The notes: generated by a model from the sequence alone, not told the origin. Positions 29,223 to 38,131 are shown, numbered from the stretch's first letter. The stretch: DNA of 64,000 nt from an uncultured Enterobacteriaceae bacterium (GCA_964509455.1 CAZDXS010000245.1:9392-73391); one strand, 5' to 3'. Translations and numbers: made by a program.

Positions 29223-29268
29223 AAACTTCTATGGGTTTACATTCCGTGACATTTTAGAACGACGGCGG

Positions 29269-29850
29269 TCATGCTTCAATAAACCGCGCCGTAATCTCAT
29301 CGTATTTGCCCTGGGCTTTCAGGATGAGGTCGCATATTTGCCGCACCGCGCCGGCGCCGCCGTTGCGGGCGGTCACCCAGTCGGCGCACTGCCGCACCGC
29401 GGGATGGGCGTCCGCCGGAGCGAGGGCCAGTCCCGCCATGGCCATGGCCGCCAGGTCCAACAGGTCATCGCCGGCGTAGGCGACCGCCTCGCTTTCCAGT
29501 CCCAGCCGCTTCATCACCTGGGCCAGCGCCGCCGGCTTGTGGTCCCGCCCCTGGTACGCGTACTCTATGCCCAGCTCCTCCATGCGCACCGCCACCGCGG
29601 CGGAGGAGCGGGCGCTGATGACGGCGACCTGGCAACCGGCCTGCTTTAGCAACGTCAACCCCTGCCCGTCGCGGGCGTGAAACCGCCTGAACTCGCGGCC
29701 GTCGTCGCTGAGAAAAAGGCCGCCGTCCGTCAATACGCCGTCCACGTCGAAGACCGCCAGCCGGACGCGGGCCGCTTTTTCCATGACGGCGGGCGGCGCA
29801 CCGGGCTCGTCCCGCGCGGCGGGGCGTTCTGTTGTCGATTTTTCCGGCAT
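29269..29850 (-). CDS. kdsC: 3-deoxy-D-manno-octulosonate 8-phosphate phosphatase
   Basis: VRLAVFDVDGVLTDGGLFLSDDGREFRRFHARDGQGL is an HAD-family KdsC sequence. The start may be the internal MEKAARV. Confidence 0.9.
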   Translation of the reverse strand: MPEKSTTERPAARDEPGAPPAVMEKAARVRLAVFDVDGVLTDGGLFLSDDGREFRRFHARDGQGLTLLKQAGCQVAVISARSSAAVAVRMEELGIEYAYQGRDHKPAALAQVMKRLGLESEAVAYAGDDLLDLAAMAMAGLALAPADAHPAVRQCADWVTARNGGAGAVRQICDLILKAQGKYDEITARFIEA

Positions 29851-29913
29851 CTCAGCCGGGTCTCCCCGTGCGGCTGCGGTGCCGCAGCGTCCCGTTGCGA
29901 GCGGCCGCCATGG

Positions 29914-30906
29914 TCAGACCACCTGCGCCCGCAACAGGTCGTGCATGTTCAGGGCGCCCGCCAGCCGCCGCTCAGCGTCCAGCACCAGCAGGGCGTTGAT
30001 GCGGTGTTCTTTCATCATGCGCAACACCTCGGCTGCCGGGGCGTCCGGCGCAACAGAGCGGGCGCCCCGGGTCATCACCTGGGCCATGGTGGTCGCGCGC
30101 ACGTCATGGCCGGCGTCCAGGGCGCGGCGCAGGTCGCCGTCGGTGAAGATGCCCGCCGCTTCATCGCTTGCCGTGACCACTGCGGTCATGCCCAGTCCTT
30201 TCGCGCTCATTTCCAGCAGGGCCTGGTCCAGGGGGGCGTCTTCACGCACGCGCGGCACGTCGGCGCCGGTGCGCATTACATCGCTGACCCGCAACAGCAA
30301 CCGCCGCCCCAACGGCCCGCCGGGGTGGGAGCGGGCGAAATCCTCCTCGCCAAAGCCGCGAGCGGCCGCCACCGCCAGGGCCAGGGCGTCGCCCAATGCC
30401 AGGCAGGCCGCGGCGCTGGCCGTGGGCGCCAGGTTCAGCGGGCAGGCTTCCCTGGCGACGCTCGCGTCAAGACACACCGCGGCGGCCCTGCCCAGGGTGG
30501 AGCCGGGGTTGCCGGTCATGGCGAGCAGGGGAACGTCCAGGCGCTTGATGACGGGCAACAGGACAAGCAGTTCGGCGGCCTCGCCGGACTTGGACAGAGC
30601 TACCGCCACGTCGTTTCGGGCAATGACGCCAATGTCGCCATGGGCGGCCTCGCCCGGATGAAGGAAGAAAGACGGCGTACCGGTGCTGGCCAGGGTGGCC
30701 GCCAGCTTGCGGGCGATGTGGCCGGACTTGCCCACGCCGGTAACCACGGTCTTGCCCTTGCAGTCCAGGAGCAACCGGCAGGCCGCCGCAAAACGCTCAT
30801 CGATGCGCCGGCGCAGGGCGGCAACGGCCTGTTGCTCCGTGTCGATGACCGCCAGGGCCGACTTTATCAGCCGGTCTGGGTCGGGATGCCCGGCGCCGCC
30901 GCCCAT
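29914..30906 (-). CDS. kdsD: arabinose-5-phosphate isomerase (SIS + tandem CBS)
   Basis: The start is set to ATG 30906, just after the upstream stop at 30914. VVTGVGKSGHIARKLAATLASTGTPSFFLHPGEAAHGDIG is the KdsD/KpsF signature. Confidence 0.93.
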   Translation of the reverse strand: MGGGAGHPDPDRLIKSALAVIDTEQQAVAALRRRIDERFAAACRLLLDCKGKTVVTGVGKSGHIARKLAATLASTGTPSFFLHPGEAAHGDIGVIARNDVAVALSKSGEAAELLVLLPVIKRLDVPLLAMTGNPGSTLGRAAAVCLDASVAREACPLNLAPTASAAACLALGDALALAVAAARGFGEEDFARSHPGGPLGRRLLLRVSDVMRTGADVPRVREDAPLDQALLEMSAKGLGMTAVVTASDEAAGIFTDGDLRRALDAGHDVRATTMAQVMTRGARSVAPDAPAAEVLRMMKEHRINALLVLDAERRLAGALNMHDLLRAQVV

Positions 30907-30913
30907 GATGCTC

Positions 30914-31858
30914 TCAGCCTCGAAACAGCCAGTACTGGTAACCGACGAAACCGGCCAGCAACAGGGCCCCCTCCCAGCGGGAGAGCCGGTTTTTGCCCGC
31001 ATGAAAGATCATCCAGCCCATGGCCAGGCTCAGCGCCGCCATGACGGAAAAATCCCGCCACAGCACCTCCGCGCCGAAGCGGCCGGGATGAATCAGGGGC
31101 GGGACGCCCAACACCATCAGCATGTTGAACATGTTGGAGCCGACCACGTTGCCTATGGCGATGTCCACCTCGTTCTTGACGACGCTCGCCAGGGAAGCAG
31201 CCAGTTCCGGCAGGCTGGTGCCTACCGCCACCACGGTCAGGCCGATGACCAGTTCGCTGACGCCCAGGGCGCGGGCGATGTCGACGGCGCCGCGCACCAG
31301 CAACTCGGCGCCCAACAACAGCACCGGCAGGCCGATCAGCATCAGGACCAGCGGCCGGGCAATGCCCGACTGCGGTTTCTCCGCATCGTGGGGCGGCGCG
31401 GCTTGGGCTTCCCGCAGCGCCGGCTTGACGATCCAGCCCATCATCACCGCCAGCGCGACCAACAGCAGCAGGCCGTCCAGTCGTCCCAGCTCCCGGTCCA
31501 GCATCACCAGGAATGCGCCCAACATGGCCAGGATCATGCACAGGAACTCGCGCCGCAGGGCCTGGGACTGGACCGGCAGGGGCGCCAGCAAGGCGGTGGC
31601 GCCCAGCACCAACCCAATGTTGGCGATGTTGGAGCCTAGGGCGTTGCCGATGGCGATGGTGGTTTTTCCATCCCAGGCGGCAACGCTGCCCACCAGCACT
31701 TCCGGCATCGAGGTGGCGACTCCGACGATGGTCAAGCCGATGACCAGGGGCGGAACGCCCAGGTTGCGGGCCGTGCCGGAAGCGCCGGCGACAAACCGGT
31801 CGGCGCCCAGCACCAGCAGGGCCAGGCCGCCGGCCAACAGGATGATAGCGGTCAACAT
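30914..31858 (-). CDS. calcium/sodium antiporter (CaCA family, YrbG-like)
   Basis: From MLTAIILLAGGLALLVLGADRFV. Two alpha-repeats are present (GLTIVGVATSMPE and GLTVVAVGTSLPE). Confidence 0.88.
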   Translation of the reverse strand: MLTAIILLAGGLALLVLGADRFVAGASGTARNLGVPPLVIGLTIVGVATSMPEVLVGSVAAWDGKTTIAIGNALGSNIANIGLVLGATALLAPLPVQSQALRREFLCMILAMLGAFLVMLDRELGRLDGLLLLVALAVMMGWIVKPALREAQAAPPHDAEKPQSGIARPLVLMLIGLPVLLLGAELLVRGAVDIARALGVSELVIGLTVVAVGTSLPELAASLASVVKNEVDIAIGNVVGSNMFNMLMVLGVPPLIHPGRFGAEVLWRDFSVMAALSLAMGWMIFHAGKNRLSRWEGALLLAGFVGYQYWLFRG

Positions 31859-32016
31859 GTACTCGTTTGTTTTGCGTAAGATTGTCGGCGGCGTTGAGTG
31901 CGTCCCTGTCCCTGCCGGGAGCTCCACTTTCTCATGTCCGCGGCGGCGCCGCAAACCCGCGGCGGCGCACTGTTATAAACTATACCATTAGTTCCAATGT
32001 TATGGGGGTAAAACCG

Positions 32017-32352
32017 ATGTACTACTGGTTGCTGCTCGCCGCGGCGATTGTGTTGGAAGTCGCCGGCACCACGTTTATGAAACTGTCTTATGGGTTCACC
32101 CGCCTGGTTCCGTCGTTGCTGGTGGCGGTTTTCTACGCCGGTTCTTTCCTGGCCCTGGCGCTGTGCCTGAAAAAACTGGAAGTCAGCGTCACCTACGCCA
32201 TCTGGGCCGGAGTGGGCACCGCCTTGGTGGCGCTGATTGGCGTGGCGTATTTTCACGAGCCCATGACCCCGATGAAGCTGGCCGGCCTGGCCCTGATCAT
32301 TGCCGGGGTGGTGAGCCTGCATCTGGGCGGGACCGCCCCGCTTTCCGACTGA
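32017..32352 (+). CDS. SMR-family small multidrug resistance transporter
   Basis: About 111 aa. MYYWLLLAAAIVLEVAGTTFMKLS carries the conserved membrane Glu of EmrE/SugE. An alternative start is at 32002. Confidence 0.85.
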   Translation: MYYWLLLAAAIVLEVAGTTFMKLSYGFTRLVPSLLVAVFYAGSFLALALCLKKLEVSVTYAIWAGVGTALVALIGVAYFHEPMTPMKLAGLALIIAGVVSLHLGGTAPLSD

Positions 32353-32370
32353 GCGGCGGCGGGCAGCCTC

Positions 32371-33048
32371 ATGCGCGCGATGATCCTGGCGGCGGGGCGG
32401 GGCGAGAGAATGCGCCCGCTGACCGCAACGCTGCCCAAGCCCATGTTGGCGGCCGCCGGCAAGCCCCTGTTGCAATACCAGGTGGAGGCGCTGGCGCGGG
32501 CCGGTTTTGCCGAGCTGGTCATCAACCGGGCGCGGCTGGGCGAGAAAATAACCGCTTATTTCGGCGACGGCGCTGATTTTGGCGTGTCCATACGCTACTC
32601 CGACGAGGGCGACGAGCCGCTGGAGACCGGCGGCGGCGTCCGGCAGGCCCTGCCCCTGCTGGGCGCCGAGCCGTTCCTGGTGGTGAACGGCGACATCTGG
32701 ACCGATTTCCCCCTGGCCGCCCTGAAACAGGCGGCGCCGGCGGCGGCGCACCTGGTGCTGGCGCCCAACCCGCCCCACCATCCCCGGGGAGACTTCGCCC
32801 TGGAGGACGGGCGCGTGCTGGCTGCGGGCCGCCCCGCTTTCACGTTCAGCGGCATCGGCGTGTATCACCCCTCCCTGTTTGCCGACATTCCAGAGCGCAA
32901 CTTCCCTCTGGCGCGGGTCCTGCGGCCGGCCCTGGAACGGCGGCAGGTCACGGGCGAGCTGTATGACGGCCGCTGGTTCGACATCGGCACACCGGCGCGG
33001 CTGGCGGCGCTGGAGCAGTTGCTGGACGAGTGTGCGGCTCAGCGGTAG
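32371..33048 (+). CDS. murU: nucleotidyltransferase, MurU-like (N-acetylmuramate 1-phosphate uridylyltransferase family)
   Basis: MRAMILAAGRGERMRPLTATLPKPML is the NTP-transferase G-rich loop. The 225-aa size and sequence are like MurU. Confidence 0.8.
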   Translation: MRAMILAAGRGERMRPLTATLPKPMLAAAGKPLLQYQVEALARAGFAELVINRARLGEKITAYFGDGADFGVSIRYSDEGDEPLETGGGVRQALPLLGAEPFLVVNGDIWTDFPLAALKQAAPAAAHLVLAPNPPHHPRGDFALEDGRVLAAGRPAFTFSGIGVYHPSLFADIPERNFPLARVLRPALERRQVTGELYDGRWFDIGTPARLAALEQLLDECAAQR

Positions 33049-33215
33049 CGGGTGGGGTCGGGAATGCCGGCGGCGCTGGGCAGATCACGGGCGAGATGCG
33101 TGACGGCCGCTGGTTCGACTTAGGCGCGCCGGCGCGGCCGGCGGCGCCGGCGCGGTTGCTGGACGAGCGCGCGGCTCAACGGTAGCGGGTGGGGTCGGGA
33201 ATGCCGGCGGCGCTG
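32944..33215. repeat. 137-bp tandem duplication (2 units) of the convergent murU/queC 3' ends
   Basis: tagcgggtggggtcgggaatgccggcggcgctg occurs at 33046 and 33183. Unit 1 holds the functional murU stop. Unit 2 holds the functional queC stop. Confidence 0.9.
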
Positions 33216-33865
33216 AATCCCTGGCGACGGAAGCGGCAGGAATCGCACTCGCCGCAGGCGCGCCCCTGCTCATCCGCCTGGTAGCAGGAAACGGTGAGTG
33301 CGTAATCAACGCCCAGCGCGGCGCCGGTGCTGATAATCTCCGCCTTGCTGAGCTGGATGAGCGGCGCATGGATGGCGTACTCGGCGCCTTCGATGCCGGC
33401 CCGGGTAGCCAGTTGCGCCAGGGAAGCAAACGCCTTGATGTACTCCGGGCGGCAGTCCGGGTAACCGGAATAATCCACGGCGTTGACGCCGATGAAAATA
33501 TCCCGGGCGCCCGCCGTCTCGGCATGGGCCAGCGCAAAAGACAAGAAGATGGTGTTGCGGGCCGGCACGTAGGTTACGGGAATGTCGCTCGCCGGCGAGT
33601 CAGCGGCGTCGGCAGCCGCCGGCACATCGATAGCGGCGTCGGTCAGGGCGGAGCCGCCGAACTGTCCCAGGTCCAGGCGCACGACCCGGTGTTCCGCCGC
33701 CGCCAGGGCGCGGGCGATGCGGCGCGCCGCCGCCAGCTCGGACTGGTGGCGCTGGCCGTAATCGAAGCTCAGCGCCCGGCAACGAAAACCGGCGCGGCGC
33801 GCCAGCGCCAGGGCCGTGGCGGAATCCAACCCGCCGGAAAGCAACACCACTGCATCCCGTTGCAT
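33176..33865 (-). CDS. queC: 7-cyano-7-deazaguanine synthase
   Basis: 229 aa from [20 protein letters not shown]. It has the C-terminal CGECDSC zinc cluster. The long upstream ORF extension was rejected. Confidence 0.95.
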   Translation of the reverse strand: MQRDAVVLLSGGLDSATALALARRAGFRCRALSFDYGQRHQSELAAARRIARALAAAEHRVVRLDLGQFGGSALTDAAIDVPAAADAADSPASDIPVTYVPARNTIFLSFALAHAETAGARDIFIGVNAVDYSGYPDCRPEYIKAFASLAQLATRAGIEGAEYAIHAPLIQLSKAEIISTGAALGVDYALTVSCYQADEQGRACGECDSCRFRRQGFSAAGIPDPTRYR

Positions 33866-34545
33866 CAGACCCCCCGCCGCTCCCCCCACAGGTACTTGTG
33901 CAACTGCACCTGCAGACGCACCGGCAGGCGGTCCGCCAGGATCCAGTCGGCCAGGTCGACCGCCGCCAGTTGCTGGTGGCTGGGGGAGAACAACACCTCC
34001 ACCCGCCCCGCCAGCGCATGCTCCTCCACCAGGCGGCGGCTCCATTCGTAATCCTGCCGGTCGCAGATGACAAACTTGACCTGGTCCCGGGCGGACAGGA
34101 GGCGCAGGTTGGCAAGCCGGTTGCGGTGCGCCTCGCCGGAGCCGGGGGTTTTTACGTCTACTATCCTGGCGACCCGGGGATCTACGGACTCGATGTCCAA
34201 GGCGCCGCTGGTCTCCAGGGACGCCTGGTAGCCATGGTCGCACAGCAGGGTCAAAAGGGCCGGGCAGTTGGCCTGGGCCAGGGGCTCGCCGCCGGTAACA
34301 GTCACGTAACGGGAGCGATGGCCGGCGCAGACCTGCATGATTTCGTCCAGGGACATTGGCTTGCCTTCGTTAAAAGCATACTCCGTGTCGCAGTAGCGGC
34401 AACGCAGGGGACAACCGGTCAGGCGAATGAAAGAAGTGGGCAACCCAGCCCGGTTGGACTCGCCCTGGATGGAGTAGAAAATCTCGTTGACCACCAGGGT
34501 TTTCGCCGCGGCGGCGGTCGGGCTCTGCGGGCGTTGCGGCGTCAT
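33865..34545 (-). CDS. queE: 7-carboxy-7-deazaguanine synthase (radical SAM)
   Basis: [42 protein letters not shown] matches QueE. The stop overlaps the queC start by 1 nt. Confidence 0.92.
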   Translation of the reverse strand: MTPQRPQSPTAAAAKTLVVNEIFYSIQGESNRAGLPTSFIRLTGCPLRCRYCDTEYAFNEGKPMSLDEIMQVCAGHRSRYVTVTGGEPLAQANCPALLTLLCDHGYQASLETSGALDIESVDPRVARIVDVKTPGSGEAHRNRLANLRLLSARDQVKFVICDRQDYEWSRRLVEEHALAGRVEVLFSPSHQQLAAVDLADWILADRLPVRLQVQLHKYLWGERRGV

Positions 34546-34651
34546 TATGGGGGTTGTCGCGGGGTTGTCATGGGGTGGTCGTTGCGGGATGGTTGCATTC
34601 CCGCCGCCGGCCGCCGGCGTCCGTCCGCTGCGCCGGGCGCGGCCGCGAGCG

Positions 34652-35965
34652 TTAATTGACCGGCGCCATGTCGGGGAGCGTAACCGCCCTGATCTCCCTC
34701 AGACGTTCTTCCGCCAGGCGGGCAACCGTCGTGCCGGGGTGTTGCCGCGCCGCCTCTTCCAGCCGCCGGCCGGCTTGCTCCATCCGGCCCAGCTCGTAGA
34801 GACAGAACCCGGCTTTCAGTTGCGCCTGGGCGGCCTTGCGGCTGTCGGGGTGGTCCTGCAACAGCCGGGAGTATTCTTCCAGCGCCAGGTCAAACCGCCC
34901 GTTCACGTAATAGGCCTCGGCCAGCCAGAAGCGCGCGTCCGGCGCCTGTTCGGCGGTCCCATGACGCGCCAGGAACGCTCGCAAGGCCGGCACGGCTTGC
35001 TGGTAGCGGGCGCGCTTTAGCAGGTCGAAAGCGCGGCGATACTCGGCGCGGGCCTGCTCCGGGTCTGACGGGGCTGGGGGCGCGGGCCGGCCCACGCCTA
35101 AGGGCGGCCAAGCCGCTTCCTGCGGGAATGTGTCCGCGTCCGGCGGCGACAATGCCTGCTCCTGCGGGAGTGCACCCGCGCCCGGCGGCGGCAATGCCTG
35201 CTCCTGCGGGAATGCGGCCGCGCCCGACCCCGCCAACGCTTGCTCCTGCGGGAATGCACCCGTGCCCGGCCCCGACAACGCCTGCTCCTGCGGGAATGCG
35301 GCCGTGTCCGACCCCGATAACGCTTGCTCCTGCGGGAGTGTACCCGCACCCGACCCCGACAATGCCTGCTCCTGCGGGAGTGCGCCCGTGTCCGGCGGCG
35401 GCAACGCCTGCTCCTGCGGGAATGCGCCCGTGTCCGGCGGCGGCAACGCCTCTTCCCGCGAGAAGGCGCCCGTGTCCAGCGGCGGCAACGCCTCTTCCCG
35501 CGAGAAGGCGCCCGTGCCCGGCGGCGGCAACGCCTCCTCCCGCGAGAATGCGCCCGCGCCCAGCGGTTCAATGATGGGATACAGCGGGTCCAGCATCTCG
35601 TCCTCCGCGCCCGGCGCCGGGTCAAAAGCGGCGACCCGGCGCGGCGGCGCCGCCTGCAAACGGCGCAAGCGCTCATCGAGATCCGCGTACAGGTCGCGCT
35701 GTTGCTTCTTGATCTGCTCTAACAAGTGACTCTGCGTCTCCAGCTCGCCGCGCAGGCGCTCCATTTCCTGTTGCATGGCTTCCAGCTGTTGCAACATTCG
35801 CACCAGCCCCTGGTTGCTCAGCAGTCGCTCGATGCGCTCCAAGCGCGCCGCCGTGTCCGCCTCGGGAGCCGCGGCTTCCTGGGCGCGGGCGCCGTCAAAA
35901 GCCGCGACCGCCGGCAGGACCAGCGCCGGCCACAGGGCAAATCGCAACAGGCGCAAGCGCATCAT
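34652..35965 (-). CDS. cpoB: cell division coordinator CpoB (YbgF) with expanded repeat linker
   Basis: It has a signal peptide, an N-terminal coiled coil (LERIERLLSNQGLVRMLQQLEAMQQEMERLRGELE) and a C-terminal TPR (YRRAFDLLKRARYQQAV...). It follows pal. Confidence 0.9.
   Translation of the reverse strand: MMRLRLLRFALWPALVLPAVAAFDGARAQEAAAPEADTAARLERIERLLSNQGLVRMLQQLEAMQQEMERLRGELETQSHLLEQIKKQQRDLYADLDERLRRLQAAPPRRVAAFDPAPGAEDEMLDPLYPIIEPLGAGAFSREEALPPPGTGAFSREEALPPLDTGAFSREEALPPPDTGAFPQEQALPPPDTGALPQEQALSGSGAGTLPQEQALSGSDTAAFPQEQALSGPGTGAFPQEQALAGSGAAAFPQEQALPPPGAGALPQEQALSPPDADTFPQEAAWPPLGVGRPAPPAPSDPEQARAEYRRAFDLLKRARYQQAVPALRAFLARHGTAEQAPDARFWLAEAYYVNGRFDLALEEYSRLLQDHPDSRKAAQAQLKAGFCLYELGRMEQAGRRLEEAARQHPGTTVARLAEERLREIRAVTLPDMAPVN
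35105..35565 (-). repeat. in-frame 42-bp (14-aa) tandem repeat, about 10.5 units, inside cpoB
   Basis: DNA unit is ctcctgcgggaatgcNcccgNNcccgNccccgNcaaNgcNtg. Peptide units are FSREEALPPPGTGA and FPQEQALSGSGAGA. Confidence 0.9.
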
Positions 35966-36256
35966 CAGTACGCGAACTCCGCCTTTCTGCTCAGCCGCTG
36001 GGCTTCCTGGGCGCAGGCGCCGTCACAAGCCGCGGCCGCCGGCAGGACCGGCGCCGGCCACAGGGCAAGTCGCAACAGACGCAAGCGCACCATCAGTACG
36101 CGAACTCCGCCTTTCTGCTCAGCCGCCGGGCTTCCTGGGCGCGGACGCCGTCACAAGCCGCGGCCGCCGGCAGGACCGCCGCCGGCCACAGGGCAAATCG
36201 CAACAGGCGCAAGCGAATCATCAGTACGCGAACTCCACCCTTCTGTTCAACCGCCA
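35873..36256. repeat. 128-bp tandem triplication of the pal-stop/cpoB-start junction
   Basis: ATG copies are at 35965 (real cpoB), 36093 and 36221. The boundary motif GGC(T/C)TCCTGG occurs at 35873, 36001, 36129 and 36257. Confidence 0.92.
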
Positions 36257-36754
36257 GGCCTCCTGGTCATGGCCGGCAACGGCGGGACGCTCCTCGCCGT
36301 AGCTCACGGTGATGAGTTGCGCCGGGTCAACGCCCAACACCACCAGTTGCTGTTTCACCGCACGCGCCCGTTGTTCGCCAAGGGCCAGGTTGTATTCCCG
36401 GGAACCGCGCTCATCGGCGTGCCCTTCCAGGGTCGCCTCGCGGCCCGGGTTGGCTTGCAAAAAACGGGCGTGGGCATGGATGAGCGCGTTGGAGTCCAGC
36501 GGCACGGCGCTGCTGTCGTAGTCAAAATAGATGACGCGCACCGGCGGCATGCTGGCCGGGTCGCCCAGCGGCGACATACCGCCGGCGCCGTCGTCTCCCA
36601 TTCCGAAAGCGCGGGCGCTTTCGTCCTCCCCTGCTGGTTGTTCCGCGCCGGCAGGGGCGCCGCCGCGCTCTTCGACGGGCACTTTCCTGGCGGATTCGGT
36701 GCAGGCGGTGAGCATCGCGCTCAGCAGGAGCGCCGATAAGATTTTACAGGTCAT
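36221..36754 (-). CDS. pal: peptidoglycan-associated lipoprotein Pal
   Basis: It has a lipobox (LSAMLTAC) and an OmpA-like domain (VIYFDYDSSAV...LEGHADERGSREYNLALGEQRA). Confidence 0.94.
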   Translation of the reverse strand: MTCKILSALLLSAMLTACTESARKVPVEERGGAPAGAEQPAGEDESARAFGMGDDGAGGMSPLGDPASMPPVRVIYFDYDSSAVPLDSNALIHAHARFLQANPGREATLEGHADERGSREYNLALGEQRARAVKQQLVVLGVDPAQLITVSYGEERPAVAGHDQEAWRLNRRVEFAY

Positions 36755-36805
36755 AAGCAGTCTCCAATATTCAAGGTTAAAGCATAGCGGGGAACCGAGT
36801 CGTTT

Positions 36806-38128
36806 TCACCAGGGGCGGAACGGTCCCCAAGCCGGCTCCCGCGCCGCGCCGTCGTCCGGCAACGGCGCCCGCTGGTGTCGGACGCCGTCCACGGAAACTA
36901 CGCGCAACTCGGAGCCGCCGGGGCCGGCGGCGGCATAGATGATCTGGTTGCCGTCCGGCGAAAAATCAGGCGCCTCGTCCAACTGGTTGTCCGTCAGCAC
37001 CCGCAGGTGGCCGCTGTCCCGGTCCAGATGGCCCACCCGGTACGCCCGGTCTTCGCCGTACACCAAGGCGACGGCGGCGCCGTCCGGCGAATAACGCGGG
37101 CGGGCGAAATAAGTCCCGTCGAAAGTGATGCGCTGGGGCTTGCCGCCCGCCAGGCGCACTTCATAGACCTGCGGCGAACCGCCGCGGTCGGAGGTGAACA
37201 GGAGTTTTTCGCCGTCCGGCGAGAAGTCCGGCTCGGTGTCAATGGCCGGGTGGCGGGTGATGCGGCGCAGGGCGTCAGTGGCCAGGTCCAGCACGAAAAT
37301 TTCCGGATTTCCCTCCCGGGACAGGGTCAGGGCCAACCGACGGCCGTCCGGCGACCAGGCCGGCGCGCCGTTGATGCCGTCATAAGCGGCCGCTTTCTTT
37401 CTTTCCCGGGCGTACAGGTCCTGCACGAACACCGCGGAGCGCCGCTCCTCGAACGAGACATACGCCAGCCTGCGCCCGTCCGGCGACCAGGCCGGCGACA
37501 GCAACGGCGCCGGCGACTCCAGCAGGGTGCGCGGGTTGAACCCGTCCGCATCAACGACTCGCAGGGCGTAGCGCGAGCGGCCGGCCGCGTCCTGCTTCAC
37601 GGCAATGTAGGCGATGAGCGTATCGAAAGCGCTGTGCGCGCCGGTCAGCTTTTCAAAGATGACGTCGCTGGCGCGGTGGGCCGCGCGCCGCAGGTTGGCC
37701 GCCGCAACGTTCAGCCGAAAACCGGCCAGTTGCGTCTCCTTGTAGACGTCCAGCAAGCGGAACTCCACTTCAAACTCCGCCGCCGCCGTTTGCCGCAGCT
37801 TGCCGATGACGATGCTCTCCATGCGCAACAACTGCCAGTCCTTGAAGTTGACCGCCTGGTAGTCCGCCGGGCGTTGCGGCATGTCGCGCTCATCCATGGC
37901 GGAGAAACGGCCGCTTCTTTCCAGGTTGGCGACAATGATGCGGTGGGGTTCCAACGGCGGCGCCGGCGCGTCCGCCGCACCGGACCAGCGGAAAGGGACC
38001 ACGGCGATGGGCAGGGGCTTTTCCACTCCCTTGTCGATGAGGATCTCCAGCCGGCCCTGGGCCGGCAACGGCGGCGCCGCGGCCGCCAACAGCAGCAACA
38101 GGACAATGCAACAGCGACGGGTGGTCAT
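36806..38128 (-). CDS. tolB: Tol-Pal system beta-propeller protein TolB
   Basis: 440 aa. PAWSPDGRRLAY-type WD-like repeats are present, in tol cluster context. Confidence 0.96.
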   Translation of the reverse strand: MTTRRCCIVLLLLLAAAAPPLPAQGRLEILIDKGVEKPLPIAVVPFRWSGAADAPAPPLEPHRIIVANLERSGRFSAMDERDMPQRPADYQAVNFKDWQLLRMESIVIGKLRQTAAAEFEVEFRLLDVYKETQLAGFRLNVAAANLRRAAHRASDVIFEKLTGAHSAFDTLIAYIAVKQDAAGRSRYALRVVDADGFNPRTLLESPAPLLSPAWSPDGRRLAYVSFEERRSAVFVQDLYARERKKAAAYDGINGAPAWSPDGRRLALTLSREGNPEIFVLDLATDALRRITRHPAIDTEPDFSPDGEKLLFTSDRGGSPQVYEVRLAGGKPQRITFDGTYFARPRYSPDGAAVALVYGEDRAYRVGHLDRDSGHLRVLTDNQLDEAPDFSPDGNQIIYAAAGPGGSELRVVSVDGVRHQRAPLPDDGAAREPAWGPFRPW

Positions 38129-38131
38129 ACC

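Larger units (their letters stand above)
22204..29268 (-). other. accessory insertion splitting the kdsC-lptC junction (two tandem methyltransferase-like genes, no mobility genes)
   Basis: Flanked by lptC (ends at 22203) and kdsC (starts at 29269). kdsD-kdsC-lptC-lptA-lptB is normally contiguous. Parts of copy A are visibly more AT-rich than the surrounding sequence. Confidence 0.75.

Noticed and set aside
33866-34243. N-terminal 126-aa extension of the queC ORF (track ORF 33176..34243).
   Set aside because: The extension overlaps queE in another frame and is Pro/Arg/Gly-rich. Canonical QueC begins [15 protein letters not shown] at 33865, overlapping the queE stop.
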